A stretch of DNA of 64,000 bases, taken from positions 60,877 through 124,876 of the forward strand of contig CAWJLN010000008.1 of NCBI GenBank assembly GCA_963843735.1, given 5' to 3'. Positions within the stretch are counted from its first letter, which is position 1. Each line of letters begins with the position of its first letter. Origin of the DNA: an uncultured Gammaproteobacteria bacterium. Its GTDB lineage: Bacteria; Pseudomonadota; Gammaproteobacteria; JAKDMP01. The translations under genes were made by a program, and so were the position numbers. Below, piece by piece: positions 1-9,633 of this stretch. The notes below the pieces were generated by a model, which ran no database searches, was not told the DNA's origin, and was given only the letters and a program-made list of their open reading frames with translations.

Positions 1-1
1 T

Positions 2-508
2 CCTTGGGCGAGCGCGCAGACTTCAGGCTTTCAGCTCACCCAGGCGCTCATTGCCACCGGTCACGGCGGACTGTTTGGCGTTGGCTTGGGCGAGAGCGTG
101 GAAAAACTTCTGTATCTGCCCGAGGCTCAGTCGGATTTCATCTTCTCGGTGCTGGCTGAGGAGCTCGGCCTGATGGGAGTTGCGGCGGTCATCCTGCTGT
201 TCCTCGCCTTTACCCTGCGCGCGTTCGCGATCGCAAGGCGTGCCGCTGCGGCCGGTCAGGGTTTCGCCGGCAATCTCGCGTTCGCGATTGGACTTTTTCT
301 GGGCGTGCAGGCCTTCGTGAACATCGGCGTCAATCTGGGCGTGCTCCCCACCAAGGGCCTGACGCTTCCGTTCATGAGCGCCGGCGGTTCCAGTCTGATC
401 GTTGACCTGGCCGCCTGCGGACTCTTGCTGCGCGCTGCGCGCGAAACGATGACGGCCACGGCACGCGGGGCGGCTGCTAAGACCGTCCGCCGGAGGACGA
501 AGCGATGA
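2..508 (+). CDS. ftsW: Cell division SEDS protein FtsW, 3' part (truncated by window start)
   Basis: KLLYLPEAQSDFIFSVLAEELG and GVLPTKGLTLPFMSAGGSS SEDS motifs; directly upstream of murG. Confidence 0.95.
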   Translation, partial: PWASAQTSGFQLTQALIATGHGGLFGVGLGESVEKLLYLPEAQSDFIFSVLAEELGLMGVAAVILLFLAFTLRAFAIARRAAAAGQGFAGNLAFAIGLFLGVQAFVNIGVNLGVLPTKGLTLPFMSAGGSSLIVDLAACGLLLRAARETMTATARGAAAKTVRRRTKR

Positions 509-1584
509 GTGCGCGTCCGGTTCTGATTCTCGCCGGCGGCACGGGTGGCCATGTGTTTCCGGCACTGGCGGTGGCTTCGGCGCTGCAGGCGCGTGCCGTG
601 CCGGTGCACTGGCTGGGCGGCACTTTGGGAATCGAGACACGGCTGGTGCCGGCGGCCGGAATTCCCTTTACGGCGCTTCCGGGTCGGGGACTACGCGGAA
701 CAGGTTTCATGCGCAAATTGCTGGGTCCGCCCCGGTTTGTGCTTGCCGTCACCCGGGCCTGGCGACTGATTCGGCGGCTGAAGCCGCGCGCGGCTCTCGG
801 CTTCGGCGGCTACGCCAGCGGTGCCGGCGGGGTGGCTGCGTGGGCGGCGCGCTGTCCACTCCTGATCCATGAGCAAAACGCGATTGCGGGCACCACCAAT
901 CGGGTGCTGGCGCGCCTTGCCGTGCGCGTGTTTGCCGGACTCCCCGGGGGTTTCGGCGGACGCGCCGAAATCACGGGCAACCCCGTGCGCGAAGCCTTCA
1001 CCGAGGTGAGTCCGCCGGCGACCCGTTATCGGGGCCGTGGTGGTGACTTGCGCCTGCTGGTGATCGGCGGCAGCCAGGGTGCGCGGGCATTGAACGAAAC
1101 GGTACCGCGGGCACTTGCCCGTTGCGCTACGCAATTCAGCGTGCGTCATCTTGCGGGACCGGCCCACGTGGAGACCACGCGTGCGGCCTATGAACAAGCC
1201 GGGATCACGGCCGAAGTGAGCGCCTTTGAAAACGAAATGTGGGCGGCGTATGCCTGGGCGGATTTCGCAATTGCGCGTGCCGGTGCATTGACGCTGGCCG
1301 AACTTGCCGCGGTCGGTCTGCCCGCCGTGCTGGTGCCGTTTCCGGCGGCGGTGGACGATCACCAGACGGCCAACGCGCGCGTGTTCGAGAGCGCGGGTGC
1401 GGCACGACTGGTTGCGCAGAGTGCGCTCGATGCCGACACACTGGCCGCATTGCTCGATCAATTGGCCGTGCTCGGGCGCGAGAGATTGGTCGAAATGGCC
1501 GAACGCGCCCGGCGATTGGCGCGCCCTGATGCCGCCGCGCGAGTCGCGCGGGCAGTGCTCGAAGCCGCGGAGGCTGCACCATGA
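505..1584 (+). CDS. murG: Lipid II GlcNAc transferase MurG
   Basis: AGGTGGHVFP, HEQN, GNPVR, GGSQGA motifs; dcw position. Confidence 0.97.
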   Translation: MSARPVLILAGGTGGHVFPALAVASALQARAVPVHWLGGTLGIETRLVPAAGIPFTALPGRGLRGTGFMRKLLGPPRFVLAVTRAWRLIRRLKPRAALGFGGYASGAGGVAAWAARCPLLIHEQNAIAGTTNRVLARLAVRVFAGLPGGFGGRAEITGNPVREAFTEVSPPATRYRGRGGDLRLLVIGGSQGARALNETVPRALARCATQFSVRHLAGPAHVETTRAAYEQAGITAEVSAFENEMWAAYAWADFAIARAGALTLAELAAVGLPAVLVPFPAAVDDHQTANARVFESAGAARLVAQSALDADTLAALLDQLAVLGRERLVEMAERARRLARPDAAARVARAVLEAAEAAP

Positions 1585-2981
1585 GCGAGCCGATGGGACG
1601 GGTGCGGCGCATACACATGGTCGGCATCGGCGGCAGCGGCATGAGCGGCATCGCCGAAGTGTTGCTGAATCTGGGCTATGCGGTCTCGGGCTCGGATCTC
1701 AAGGACGGACCAATTCTCGCGCGTCTGCGCGAGCGCGGAGCGACCGTGCATCTGGGACACCGCGCGGAGAATCTCGCTGCCGCCGACGTGTTGGTGACCT
1801 CGAGTGCGGTGGATAGACGCAATCCCGAAGTGCGGGCGGCGCTGGCAAAGCGTATCCCGGTCGTGCCGCGCGCCGAGATGCTTGCCGAATTGATGCGCTT
1901 CCGCTACGGCATCGCGGTCGCGGGCACGCACGGCAAGACCACCACCACCAGTCTGATCGCGAGCGTGCTGATCGAGGCGGGGCTGGACCCCACCTTCGTG
2001 ATTGGCGGTCGTCTGGAAAGCGCCGGGGCAAACGCGCGCCTGGGGCAGGGGCGTTATCTCGTCGTCGAGGCGGACGAGAGCGATGTCTCCTTCCTGCACT
2101 ACAAGCCGATGATTGCGGTGGCGACCAATATAGATCGCGATCATCTCGGCGCCTATGGCGGCGACTTCGCCCGCCTGGAAGAAAGCTTCATCGAGTTTCT
2201 AAAGCAACTGCCTTTCTACGGCAGGGCAATTTTGTGCGCGGACGATCCCGTGCTCGCGCGTCACGCGGCGACGCTCGCGCGACCGGTATCGACCTACGGT
2301 TTCGGTGCGGCGGACTTCCGTGCCGAAAGCGTGGTGGCGGAAGGCGCGCGGATGCGCTTTACGGCACTGCGTCCCGCCGCCGAGCCGCTTGAACTGACAC
2401 TCAATCTGCCCGGCCGCCACAACGTGGAGAACGCGCTCGCTGCGGTGGCCGTTGCGGCCGAACTGGGCGTGCCGGACGAGGCGATTGCGGCAGCCTTCGC
2501 CGGCTTCAACGGGGTCGCCCGGCGCATGGAGCGTTTGGGCGAAGTGGCCTTTGGCGCCGCGCGCGCGTTGCTGGTGAATGATTACGGTCATCATCCGCGC
2601 GAGATCGAGGCCACGCTTGCGGCCATGCGCGAGGCCTGGCCGGGACGCCGCCTGGTGGTGGTGTTTCAGCCGCATCGCTACAGCCGCACGAAGGACCTGC
2701 TCGACGACTTTGCCGCGGTGCTTGCGACCGCGGATGTGCTCGTGCTTGGCGAGGTGTATCCGGCGGGCGAAAAACCGATTCCAGGCGCCGATGCGCGTGC
2801 GCTGGCTCGTGCGATCCGCGGCCGCGGACAACTGGAACCGGTATTTCTGCCCGATCTCGAACGGCTCAGTGAAACGCTGGAGGCACTGGTTTGCGATGGC
2901 GATCTGCTGCTCGCACTCGGCGCCGGCGACGTGGATCGCTATGTCCGCGAACTTTCTTCCGAACGGAGGGTGGCGGCATGA
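1581..2981 (+). CDS. murC: UDP-N-acetylmuramate--L-alanine ligase
   Basis: GIGGSGMSGIA, GTHGKTTTT, EADESD, DYGHHPREI, FQPHRYSRT. Confidence 0.97.
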   Translation: MSEPMGRVRRIHMVGIGGSGMSGIAEVLLNLGYAVSGSDLKDGPILARLRERGATVHLGHRAENLAAADVLVTSSAVDRRNPEVRAALAKRIPVVPRAEMLAELMRFRYGIAVAGTHGKTTTTSLIASVLIEAGLDPTFVIGGRLESAGANARLGQGRYLVVEADESDVSFLHYKPMIAVATNIDRDHLGAYGGDFARLEESFIEFLKQLPFYGRAILCADDPVLARHAATLARPVSTYGFGAADFRAESVVAEGARMRFTALRPAAEPLELTLNLPGRHNVENALAAVAVAAELGVPDEAIAAAFAGFNGVARRMERLGEVAFGAARALLVNDYGHHPREIEATLAAMREAWPGRRLVVVFQPHRYSRTKDLLDDFAAVLATADVLVLGEVYPAGEKPIPGADARALARAIRGRGQLEPVFLPDLERLSETLEALVCDGDLLLALGAGDVDRYVRELSSERRVAA

Positions 2982-3916
2982 GCGGCATGAATCCGGAACG
3001 CTTCGGTCGCGTCGCCGTACTCCTCGGCGGACATTCGGCCGAGCGCGAAGTCTCGTTGATGAGCGGTGCCCGTGTGCTCGCTGCGCTGCGCGAAGCGGGC
3101 GTGGACGCGCAGCCGCTGGATCCGCGCGAGAACGGTCTTGCCGCGCTGTGGGAACGGCGCTTCGATCGCTGCTTCATCGTGCTCCATGGCCGCGGCGGCG
3201 AAGACGGAAAAATCCAGGGATTTCTCGACACCCTCGGAATTCCCTATACCGGCAGCAATGTGTTCGGTTCCGCCGTCGCCATGGACAAACTCGCGACCAA
3301 GCGCATCTGGCGTGCGCTCGCGTTGCCGACTCCGGACTGGATGCTCGCGCGAGCGGGTGAGGCGCCGCCGGCGGATGCCTTCGCGCGCCTGGGTTCGGTG
3401 CTTGCGGTGAAGCCCGTGCACGAAGGTTCCACGCTCGGTCTGAGTCGCGTGTCTTCACCGGACGCCTTGCCGCAAGCCCTTGCGCAGGCCTTCAAATTCG
3501 ACAACGAGGTCTTGATCGAGCCCTGGATCCGCGGGCAGGAACTGACGGGTTCGGTGCTCGGCGGCGAGGCGCTGCCGTTGGTCCGCATCGAACCGGCAGT
3601 GGATTTTTACGACTACGAGGCGAAGTATCTCTCTGACGCCACGCGCTATCACTGCCCGAGCGGACTCGATATGGAGGAAGAACTGCGCCTGCGTGCACTT
3701 TGCCGCGAGGCCTTCTTCGCCTTGGGTTGCAGCGGCTGGGGCCGGGTGGATCTGTTGCACGACGAGGCGGGTACGCCCTGGTTGCTGGAAGCGAACACCG
3801 TGCCCGGCATGACCGAGCACAGTCTGGTGCCGATGGCGGCCCGCGCCGAAGGCATGGACTTCACGGCACTCGTACTCGCCATTCTTGCCGGAACCTTGAA
3901 CCATGATGGGGGTTGA
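2978..3916 (+). CDS. ddl: D-alanine--D-alanine ligase
   Basis: GGHSAEREVSLMSG, LHGRGGEDG, FYDYEAKY, EANTVPGMT; ATG 2978 overlaps murC stop. Confidence 0.96.
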   Translation: MSGMNPERFGRVAVLLGGHSAEREVSLMSGARVLAALREAGVDAQPLDPRENGLAALWERRFDRCFIVLHGRGGEDGKIQGFLDTLGIPYTGSNVFGSAVAMDKLATKRIWRALALPTPDWMLARAGEAPPADAFARLGSVLAVKPVHEGSTLGLSRVSSPDALPQALAQAFKFDNEVLIEPWIRGQELTGSVLGGEALPLVRIEPAVDFYDYEAKYLSDATRYHCPSGLDMEEELRLRALCREAFFALGCSGWGRVDLLHDEAGTPWLLEANTVPGMTEHSLVPMAARAEGMDFTALVLAILAGTLNHDGG

Positions 3917-4643
3917 GGCCATGAGTCTGCCGTTCGGGCGCCGACTGCGCTTGCGCTGGCTGCTCCTGGCAGCCACTGTTGCGGCATTGGTCTTGATCGT
4001 GCTCGTGTTCTTTTCTATGCCGCAGGGCCCGGCGATTAACGGGCTTGCCGTCAGCGTGCCGCCCAATTCCGAAGTGACGGCGCAGGCGGTACGTGCGGCC
4101 GCGGCGCCCGCCGTGCGCGGCGGGCTGTTGACGGTAAATCTTGCCGCGGTGCGCGAACGGGTCGAGGCCTTGCCCTGGGTCAGGCAGGCGGAGGTGCGGC
4201 GCTTGTGGCCGCATGCACTCGCCATCACGGTTCGTCTGGAGCGTCCCGTGGTGCGTTGGGGCGCCGCTTCCTTGATGGACGATGCGGCTCGGATTTTCAC
4301 GCCGGCATCGGTGGACGGGTACAAGGATTTGCCCGCGATTTCGGGTCCGCCCGCGGATGCGGCGGAATTGCTGCGGGACTGGATGCAGGCGAGTGCGCTT
4401 CTTGCTCCGTCGGGTCTTCGCGTGAGTGCGCTTAACGAGAACGCGCGCGGAGAAGTTCGTATCGTACTTGCCGACGGCGTGCGGATCGAACTCGGTCGCG
4501 ACATGCCACGCGCGAAGCTCGCGCGTTTCGTCACCGTTGCCGCGCCGGCGCTCGGCACCGCGCTCGCCCGCGCGGCAACAGTGGACATGCGTTATCCGAA
4601 CGGCTTTGCCGTCGGCTGGAAAGAGGAAGGACAGCATGGCTAA
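3903..4643 (+). CDS. ftsQ: Cell division protein FtsQ
   Basis: Single TM segment, LPWVRQAEVRRLWP POTRA motif, DMRYPNGFAVGW C-terminus; start could be 3921. Confidence 0.93.
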   Translation: MMGVEAMSLPFGRRLRLRWLLLAATVAALVLIVLVFFSMPQGPAINGLAVSVPPNSEVTAQAVRAAAAPAVRGGLLTVNLAAVRERVEALPWVRQAEVRRLWPHALAITVRLERPVVRWGAASLMDDAARIFTPASVDGYKDLPAISGPPADAAELLRDWMQASALLAPSGLRVSALNENARGEVRIVLADGVRIELGRDMPRAKLARFVTVAAPALGTALARAATVDMRYPNGFAVGWKEEGQHG

Positions 4644-5880
4644 GAGAACGGATCGCCGGCTGATCGTCGGCCTCGACATCGGTACCTCGAAGATCGTCGC
4701 GATCGTGGGCGAGCTCGGTCCCGAGGGCAGGATCGAGGTTGTCGGCGTCGGCACGCATCCATCGCGCGGCCTCAAGAAGGGTGTGGTGGTCAACATTGAA
4801 TCCACGGTGCAGTCCATCCAGCGGGCGGTGGAGGAGGCCGAGCTCATGGCCGGTTGCGAGATTCATTCGGTTTACGCCGACATTGCGGGTAGTCATGTGC
4901 GCAGCCTGAACTCCCACGGCATCGTCGCCATCCGCGACAAGGAGGTCACGGCGAACGATGTGGAGCGTGTCATTGACGCCGCGCGCGCGGTCGCGATTCC
5001 GGCGGATCAGAAAATTCTTCACGTCATTCCGCAGGAATTCGTGATTGATCAGCAGGACGGCATCCGCGAGCCGGTCGGCATGTCCGGCGTGCGGTTGGAG
5101 GCGCGGGTGCACATTGTCACCGGCGCGGTTTCTTCTGCACAGAACATCGAAAAGTGCGTGCGCCGTTGTGATCTCAGCGTGGACGACATCGTGCTACAGC
5201 AGCTTGCATCGAGCTACGCGGTGCTGACCGACGACGAACGGGAACTTGGCGTGTGTCTGGTGGACATAGGCGCCGGTACCACGGACATCGCGATTTTTTC
5301 GGAAGGCGGCCTGCGTCATACCGCGGTGATTCCGATCGCCGGCGACCAGGTCACCAACGACATTGCCATCGCGCTCCGGACGCCGACCAAGAGCGCGGAG
5401 GAAATCAAGCTGAAGTACGCCTGCGCGCTGCCCCAGTACGCCTCGGGCGAAGAAACCATCGAGGTGCCCTGCGTGGGCGAGCGCCCGCCGCGCCGGCTCG
5501 CGCGCCTGACGTTGGCCGAAGTGGTCGAGCCGCGCTACGCGGAGCTGTTCGCGCTTATCCAGGCCGAGGTGCGCCGTAGCGGTTTTGAGGACATGACCGC
5601 CGCCGGCATCGTGCTCACCGGCGGCGCCTCGAAGATGGAAGGCGCGGTGGAATTGGCCGAGGAAATTTTTCACATGCCGGTGCGCCTCGGCGCACCGAGC
5701 GGAGTCGAGGGACTGGTCGAGGTGGTGCGCAATCCCATCCACGCGACCGGCGTCGGACTTCTGATCTACGCCCGCGAGCTGCTCGCGGGTGGAGGTGGGC
5801 CGAAGGGTTCGCGCTCCAGCACGGGAGGATTCAAGGACATGTTCGAACGAATGCGTCGCTGGTTTGAAGGGAATTTTTAG
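4636..5880 (+). CDS. ftsA: Cell division protein FtsA
   Basis: [23 protein letters not shown], amphipathic WFEGNF C-terminus; start set at ATG 4636 after a GAGGAAGGA purine run. Confidence 0.97.
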   Translation: MAKRTDRRLIVGLDIGTSKIVAIVGELGPEGRIEVVGVGTHPSRGLKKGVVVNIESTVQSIQRAVEEAELMAGCEIHSVYADIAGSHVRSLNSHGIVAIRDKEVTANDVERVIDAARAVAIPADQKILHVIPQEFVIDQQDGIREPVGMSGVRLEARVHIVTGAVSSAQNIEKCVRRCDLSVDDIVLQQLASSYAVLTDDERELGVCLVDIGAGTTDIAIFSEGGLRHTAVIPIAGDQVTNDIAIALRTPTKSAEEIKLKYACALPQYASGEETIEVPCVGERPPRRLARLTLAEVVEPRYAELFALIQAEVRRSGFEDMTAAGIVLTGGASKMEGAVELAEEIFHMPVRLGAPSGVEGLVEVVRNPIHATGVGLLIYARELLAGGGGPKGSRSSTGGFKDMFERMRRWFEGNF

Positions 5881-5909
5881 AGTTTTTATTTACTCACAGG
5901 AGGTGTGTC

Positions 5910-7076
5910 ATGGCTATGTTTGAACTGATGGATGGCGTGAACCAGGAAGCCGTTATCAAAGTTATCGGCGTGGGCGGCGGCGGCGGCAACGCCGTGCGGC
6001 ACATGGTGACCGCGGGCATAGATGGCGTGGATTTCATCTGCGCCAATACCGATGCCCAGGCGCTCAGAAGCACCAATGCGAAGACGGTGCTGCAACTCGG
6101 GGCGAACATTACCCGCGGTTTGGGCGCGGGTGCGGATCCCGAGGTCGGCTGTCAGGCCGCGATGGAGGATCGTGATCGCATCCGCGAGGTGATCGGCAGC
6201 TGCAACCTGCTCTTTATTACCGCCGGGATGGGCGGCGGCACGGGTACGGGCGCTGCGCCCGTGGTGGCCCAGATCGCCAAGGAGGCCGGTGCTCTGGTGG
6301 TCGCGGTGGTGACCAAGCCCTTCAACTGGGAGGGCAAGAAGCGTGCGGCCGTGGCCGCACACGGACTCGCCGAACTCGGTCGTCACGTGGATTCGCTGAT
6401 CACCATTCCGAACGACAAGCTGCTCAAGGTGCTCGAAGGCAAGACCACGCTGCTTGAGGCGTTCCGGGCCGCGAATGACGTGCTCTTCGGCGCCGTGCAG
6501 GGGATCGCCGAACTCATCACCCGGCCGGGACTCATCAACGTGGACTTTGCCGACGTGCGTACTGTCATGAGCGAGATGGGCATGGCGATGATGGGCTCGG
6601 GTGTGGCGAGCGGCGAGGATCGGGCACGGCGTGCGACCGAGGACGCGATCGCAAGCCCCTTGCTGGAAGACATCAATCTCTCGGGCGTCAAGGGCATACT
6701 CGCCAACATCACCGCGGGGATGGATCTGTCCATCGGCGAATTCGACGAGGTGGGCGGGAACATTCTCCGCGACATCGCCTCTGATGATGCGACGGTCGTG
6801 GTGCGGCACCGTGATTGATCCCGCAATGCCACCGACGGCGAATCGGGTAACCGTGGTCGCCACCGGACTGGGCCACACGCACGCGAGGTCGAGCGTCCGG
6901 ACATCAAACTGGTGGCGCAGGGCGGCGGCGGAATGCCGTGGCCGCGGGTTCTTTCACGAGAAATCGGCTCGACCGTGCTGCGTAAAAAAGGGCAGGGCGG
7001 CGATCTCGGCAAAATGGACCCGGAAGACCCCCGCTACCTCGACATTCCGGCCTTTCTGCGGCGTCAGGCCGACTGA
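5910..7076 (+). CDS. ftsZ: Cell division protein FtsZ (compensating indels near 6804 and ~6880; probably consensus error)
   Basis: GGGTGTG motif; [16 protein letters not shown] continues in a shifted frame after 6804; [13 protein letters not shown]-stop at 7076 is back in the start frame. Confidence 0.93.
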
Positions 7077-7143
7077 CGCCACCCGCCGGGGTTCGGAAGC
7101 AACGGCATGAAAGTGCTTATTTAAGGTGTATTTATGAATTTTG

Positions 7144-7152
7144 TGCTACACT
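7144..7152 (+). promoter_or_regulatory. Putative extended -10 promoter for lpxC
   Basis: TGcTACACT (TGn + TANNNT) after an AT-rich tract, ~55 nt upstream of the lpxC ATG. Confidence 0.45.
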
Positions 7153-7204
7153 TCGGCCGTTGCGCGCCTGAGGGCGTCGTCTCCGCATTGAGTGGACAGC
7201 GCCC

Positions 7205-8126
7205 ATGGTGAAACAACGCAGCCTGAAGAACAGCATCCGCGCCACCGGCGTGGGGCTACACACGGGTCAGAAGGTCTTTATGACGCTCAGGCCTGCGGCT
7301 CCCGATACCGGCATCGTGTTTCGCCGGGTGGACTGCAACCCGCCGGTCGAAATTCCCGCCCGGGCTCATCAGGTCGGCGACACCACCCTCGGCACCACCC
7401 TCGTTTCGGGCACGACCCGCATCGCCACGATCGAACACCTGCTCTCGGCGCTTGCCGGTCTCGGTATAGACAACGCCTACGTCGGATCTTTCGGCGCCCG
7501 AAGTCCCGATCATGGACGGCAGCGCCGGCCCCTTCGTCTTTCTGATCCAGTCGGCGGGTATCGAGGAACAGAACGCCCCCAAGCGTTTCATCCGCATCAA
7601 GAAGACCATCGAAGTGCGTCAGGAAGACAAGTGGGCGCGGCTGGAACCCTACGAAGGCTTCAGCGTGGGCGTGGAAATTGACTTTGATCATCCCATTTTC
7701 AAGCAGCACACCCGGCGTAGTCTGGTGGACTTTTCCAGCACCTCCTTCGTCAAGGAAGTAAGCCGCGCGCGCACCTTCGGGTTCCTGCGCGACATCGAGT
7801 ATTTGCGCCGTCACAATCTTACGCTCGGAGCCTCGCTGGATAATGCGATTGCCCTTGACGAATTCAGGATACTCAACGAAGACGGGCTGCGCTACGAAGA
7901 CGAGTTCGTTAAACACAAGATGCTCGATGCGGTCGGCGACCTGTACCTGCTGGGGCGCACCCTGATCGGGCGCTACATGGCGTACAAGCCGGGGCACGGG
8001 CTGAATAACGCCATCCTGCGCAAACTACTGGCCGACGCCAAGGCCTGGGAGGAGGTCACCTTCGAGCATTCGAAGTCCTTGCCTATTTCCTACGCGGGCC
8101 CGGCATGGAGCCCGGTAAGCGGCTGA
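7205..8126 (+). CDS. lpxC: UDP-3-O-acyl-GlcNAc deacetylase LpxC (+1 frameshift near 7484; probably consensus error)
   Basis: TIEHLLSAL in the first frame; [26 protein letters not shown] in the next frame. Confidence 0.93.
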
Positions 8127-8138
8127 TCCTTTCTCGCG

Positions 8139-8576
8139 CTACGTTCGGTGGCCCGCCAGGCGGCGCAAGGCCGCGGCGAGCGGCTGGTCCGCAATGGTGC
8201 GGGCGGAAGCATTCAGGGTCGCAATGGCGCGTTCCGACAGAGGCTGCCGTCGCGGCGCATCGGCGGAACGAAATTGCGGCGGCTGGGTTCGAAAGACGAG
8301 ACGGGGCGTGCGTTCGAACAGGGGTTGCAGCGCTGCTTCGAGTTGCGGCGACCGGTAGCGCAGACGTGTGCACCAGGCGGGTGAATCGGTGAAGATCATA
8401 AGTTCGCCTGCATTCGCACTGACGCCGACGAAATGCGGCGCTTCTTCTGCGGTCAATGTGGCTGCGAGCGCGTCGCGCAGTTTTGCAAGTTGTTTCGCGC
8501 GCGCACACAGAGCGCTCGGTAGTGCCTCCAGTGGCATGCGCCCGGGCTTGGCAGCGGCGGTACGGCCTGACGACAT
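8139..8576 (-). CDS. DciA / DUF721 family protein
   Basis: C-terminal part of ORF 8139-9539 with SPAWCTRLRY and LAAALRRLA; typical position between lpxC and M23/secA; start 8576 or 8537. Confidence 0.75.
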   Translation of the reverse strand: MSSGRTAAAKPGRMPLEALPSALCARAKQLAKLRDALAATLTAEEAPHFVGVSANAGELMIFTDSPAWCTRLRYRSPQLEAALQPLFERTPRLVFRTQPPQFRSADAPRRQPLSERAIATLNASARTIADQPLAAALRRLAGHRT

Positions 8577-8588
8577 GGGCGTGAGGGA

Positions 8589-9518
8589 GTGAAGATGCAA
8601 CTCATTGTAATGCGAACCTATGGCCGGTCTCTGCGGCTGGGCTTGCGGCGCGGGCATGTCGTGGTGGCCGTGGCCGCGCTTGTTGTTCTCGGCTTGGGCG
8701 CGGGTCTCGGCGGGTTCTTCCTCGGCGTGCATCATGCGGGTGCCGGACTCCAACTCAAGGCTGCGAATTTGCGCACCGACATCGATCGGCAAAACGCCTC
8801 GCTCGCGGATTTGCGCGTCGAGAGTCAGGCCAGCGTCAACGCCGTGGCGGCACGCATGGCTCAGCTCGACGCAAGACTGAACCAGCTTGATGCGATGGGC
8901 ACGCAGATCGTCGGCCTGGCCGGATTGAAGGCAAGCGGTTTCGATTTTGCTGCGCTGCCCGGCGAGGGCGGTCCGCAACCGGCGAGCGAAGTGCCCTGGA
9001 AGCTGGCCAGCCTCGATAGCGCGACCAATACGCTCGAAGCGCGCATCTGGCGTGAGGAAAGCGAACTCTCGGCTCTGGAGGCGGTGCTGGTACATCGCAA
9101 ATACAAGGCTCAAACCATACCGCGCGGCAAGCCGATCGGCGAGGGCTGGATTTCTTCCGGTTTCGGCTGGCGCACGGATCCGATTACCGGCGAGCGAGAG
9201 TTTCACGAGGGATTCGATTTCGCCGGCCATGAGGGCGATCCCGTGCGCGCAATCGCCGCGGGCGTGGTGACCTGGGCCGGGCCGCGCTATGGCTATGGCA
9301 GGCTCGTCATCGTCAATGACGGCGAGGGTTACAGCACCTATTACGCCCACGGCAAGAAGATTCTGGTGCAGGTAGGAAGCGTGATCAAACGCGGCGATAC
9401 GATCGCGCTGATGGGCGAAACCGGCCGCGCCACCGGTCCGCATGTGCATCTCGAAGTCCATCACGACGGACGCCCGGTGAATCCCGGACCCTTTGTGGCG
9501 GGCAAGCGCGGCGGTTGA
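8589..9518 (+). CDS. M23 family metallopeptidase with N-terminal TM and coiled coil
   Basis: ISSGFGWRTDP, HEGFDF, TGPHVHLEV; precedes secA. Confidence 0.92.
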   Translation: MKMQLIVMRTYGRSLRLGLRRGHVVVAVAALVVLGLGAGLGGFFLGVHHAGAGLQLKAANLRTDIDRQNASLADLRVESQASVNAVAARMAQLDARLNQLDAMGTQIVGLAGLKASGFDFAALPGEGGPQPASEVPWKLASLDSATNTLEARIWREESELSALEAVLVHRKYKAQTIPRGKPIGEGWISSGFGWRTDPITGEREFHEGFDFAGHEGDPVRAIAAGVVTWAGPRYGYGRLVIVNDGEGYSTYYAHGKKILVQVGSVIKRGDTIALMGETGRATGPHVHLEVHHDGRPVNPGPFVAGKRGG

Positions 9519-9633
9519 CCGCTTTCGCCGGCCCGCCAACGCAACTTCCGGTGCCTGTTAAAATCTAACACTAAGGTCGCGGTCGAAATGACAACCGCGA
9601 CGCCTTTTTTTCTGGCGAACTTACAACTCCTCC

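Noticed and set aside
2978-2981. murB absent between murC and ddl; yacG absent after zapD
   Set aside because: Ordinary lineage variation in gene order
6790-7500. Programmed frameshifting in ftsZ or lpxC
   Set aside because: No slippery heptamers at the sites; similar indels are scattered through unrelated genes
8577-9539. 466-aa ORF as a large DciA fusion
   Set aside because: The N-terminal ~320 aa are antisense to the M23 gene; only the last ~145 aa look like DUF721
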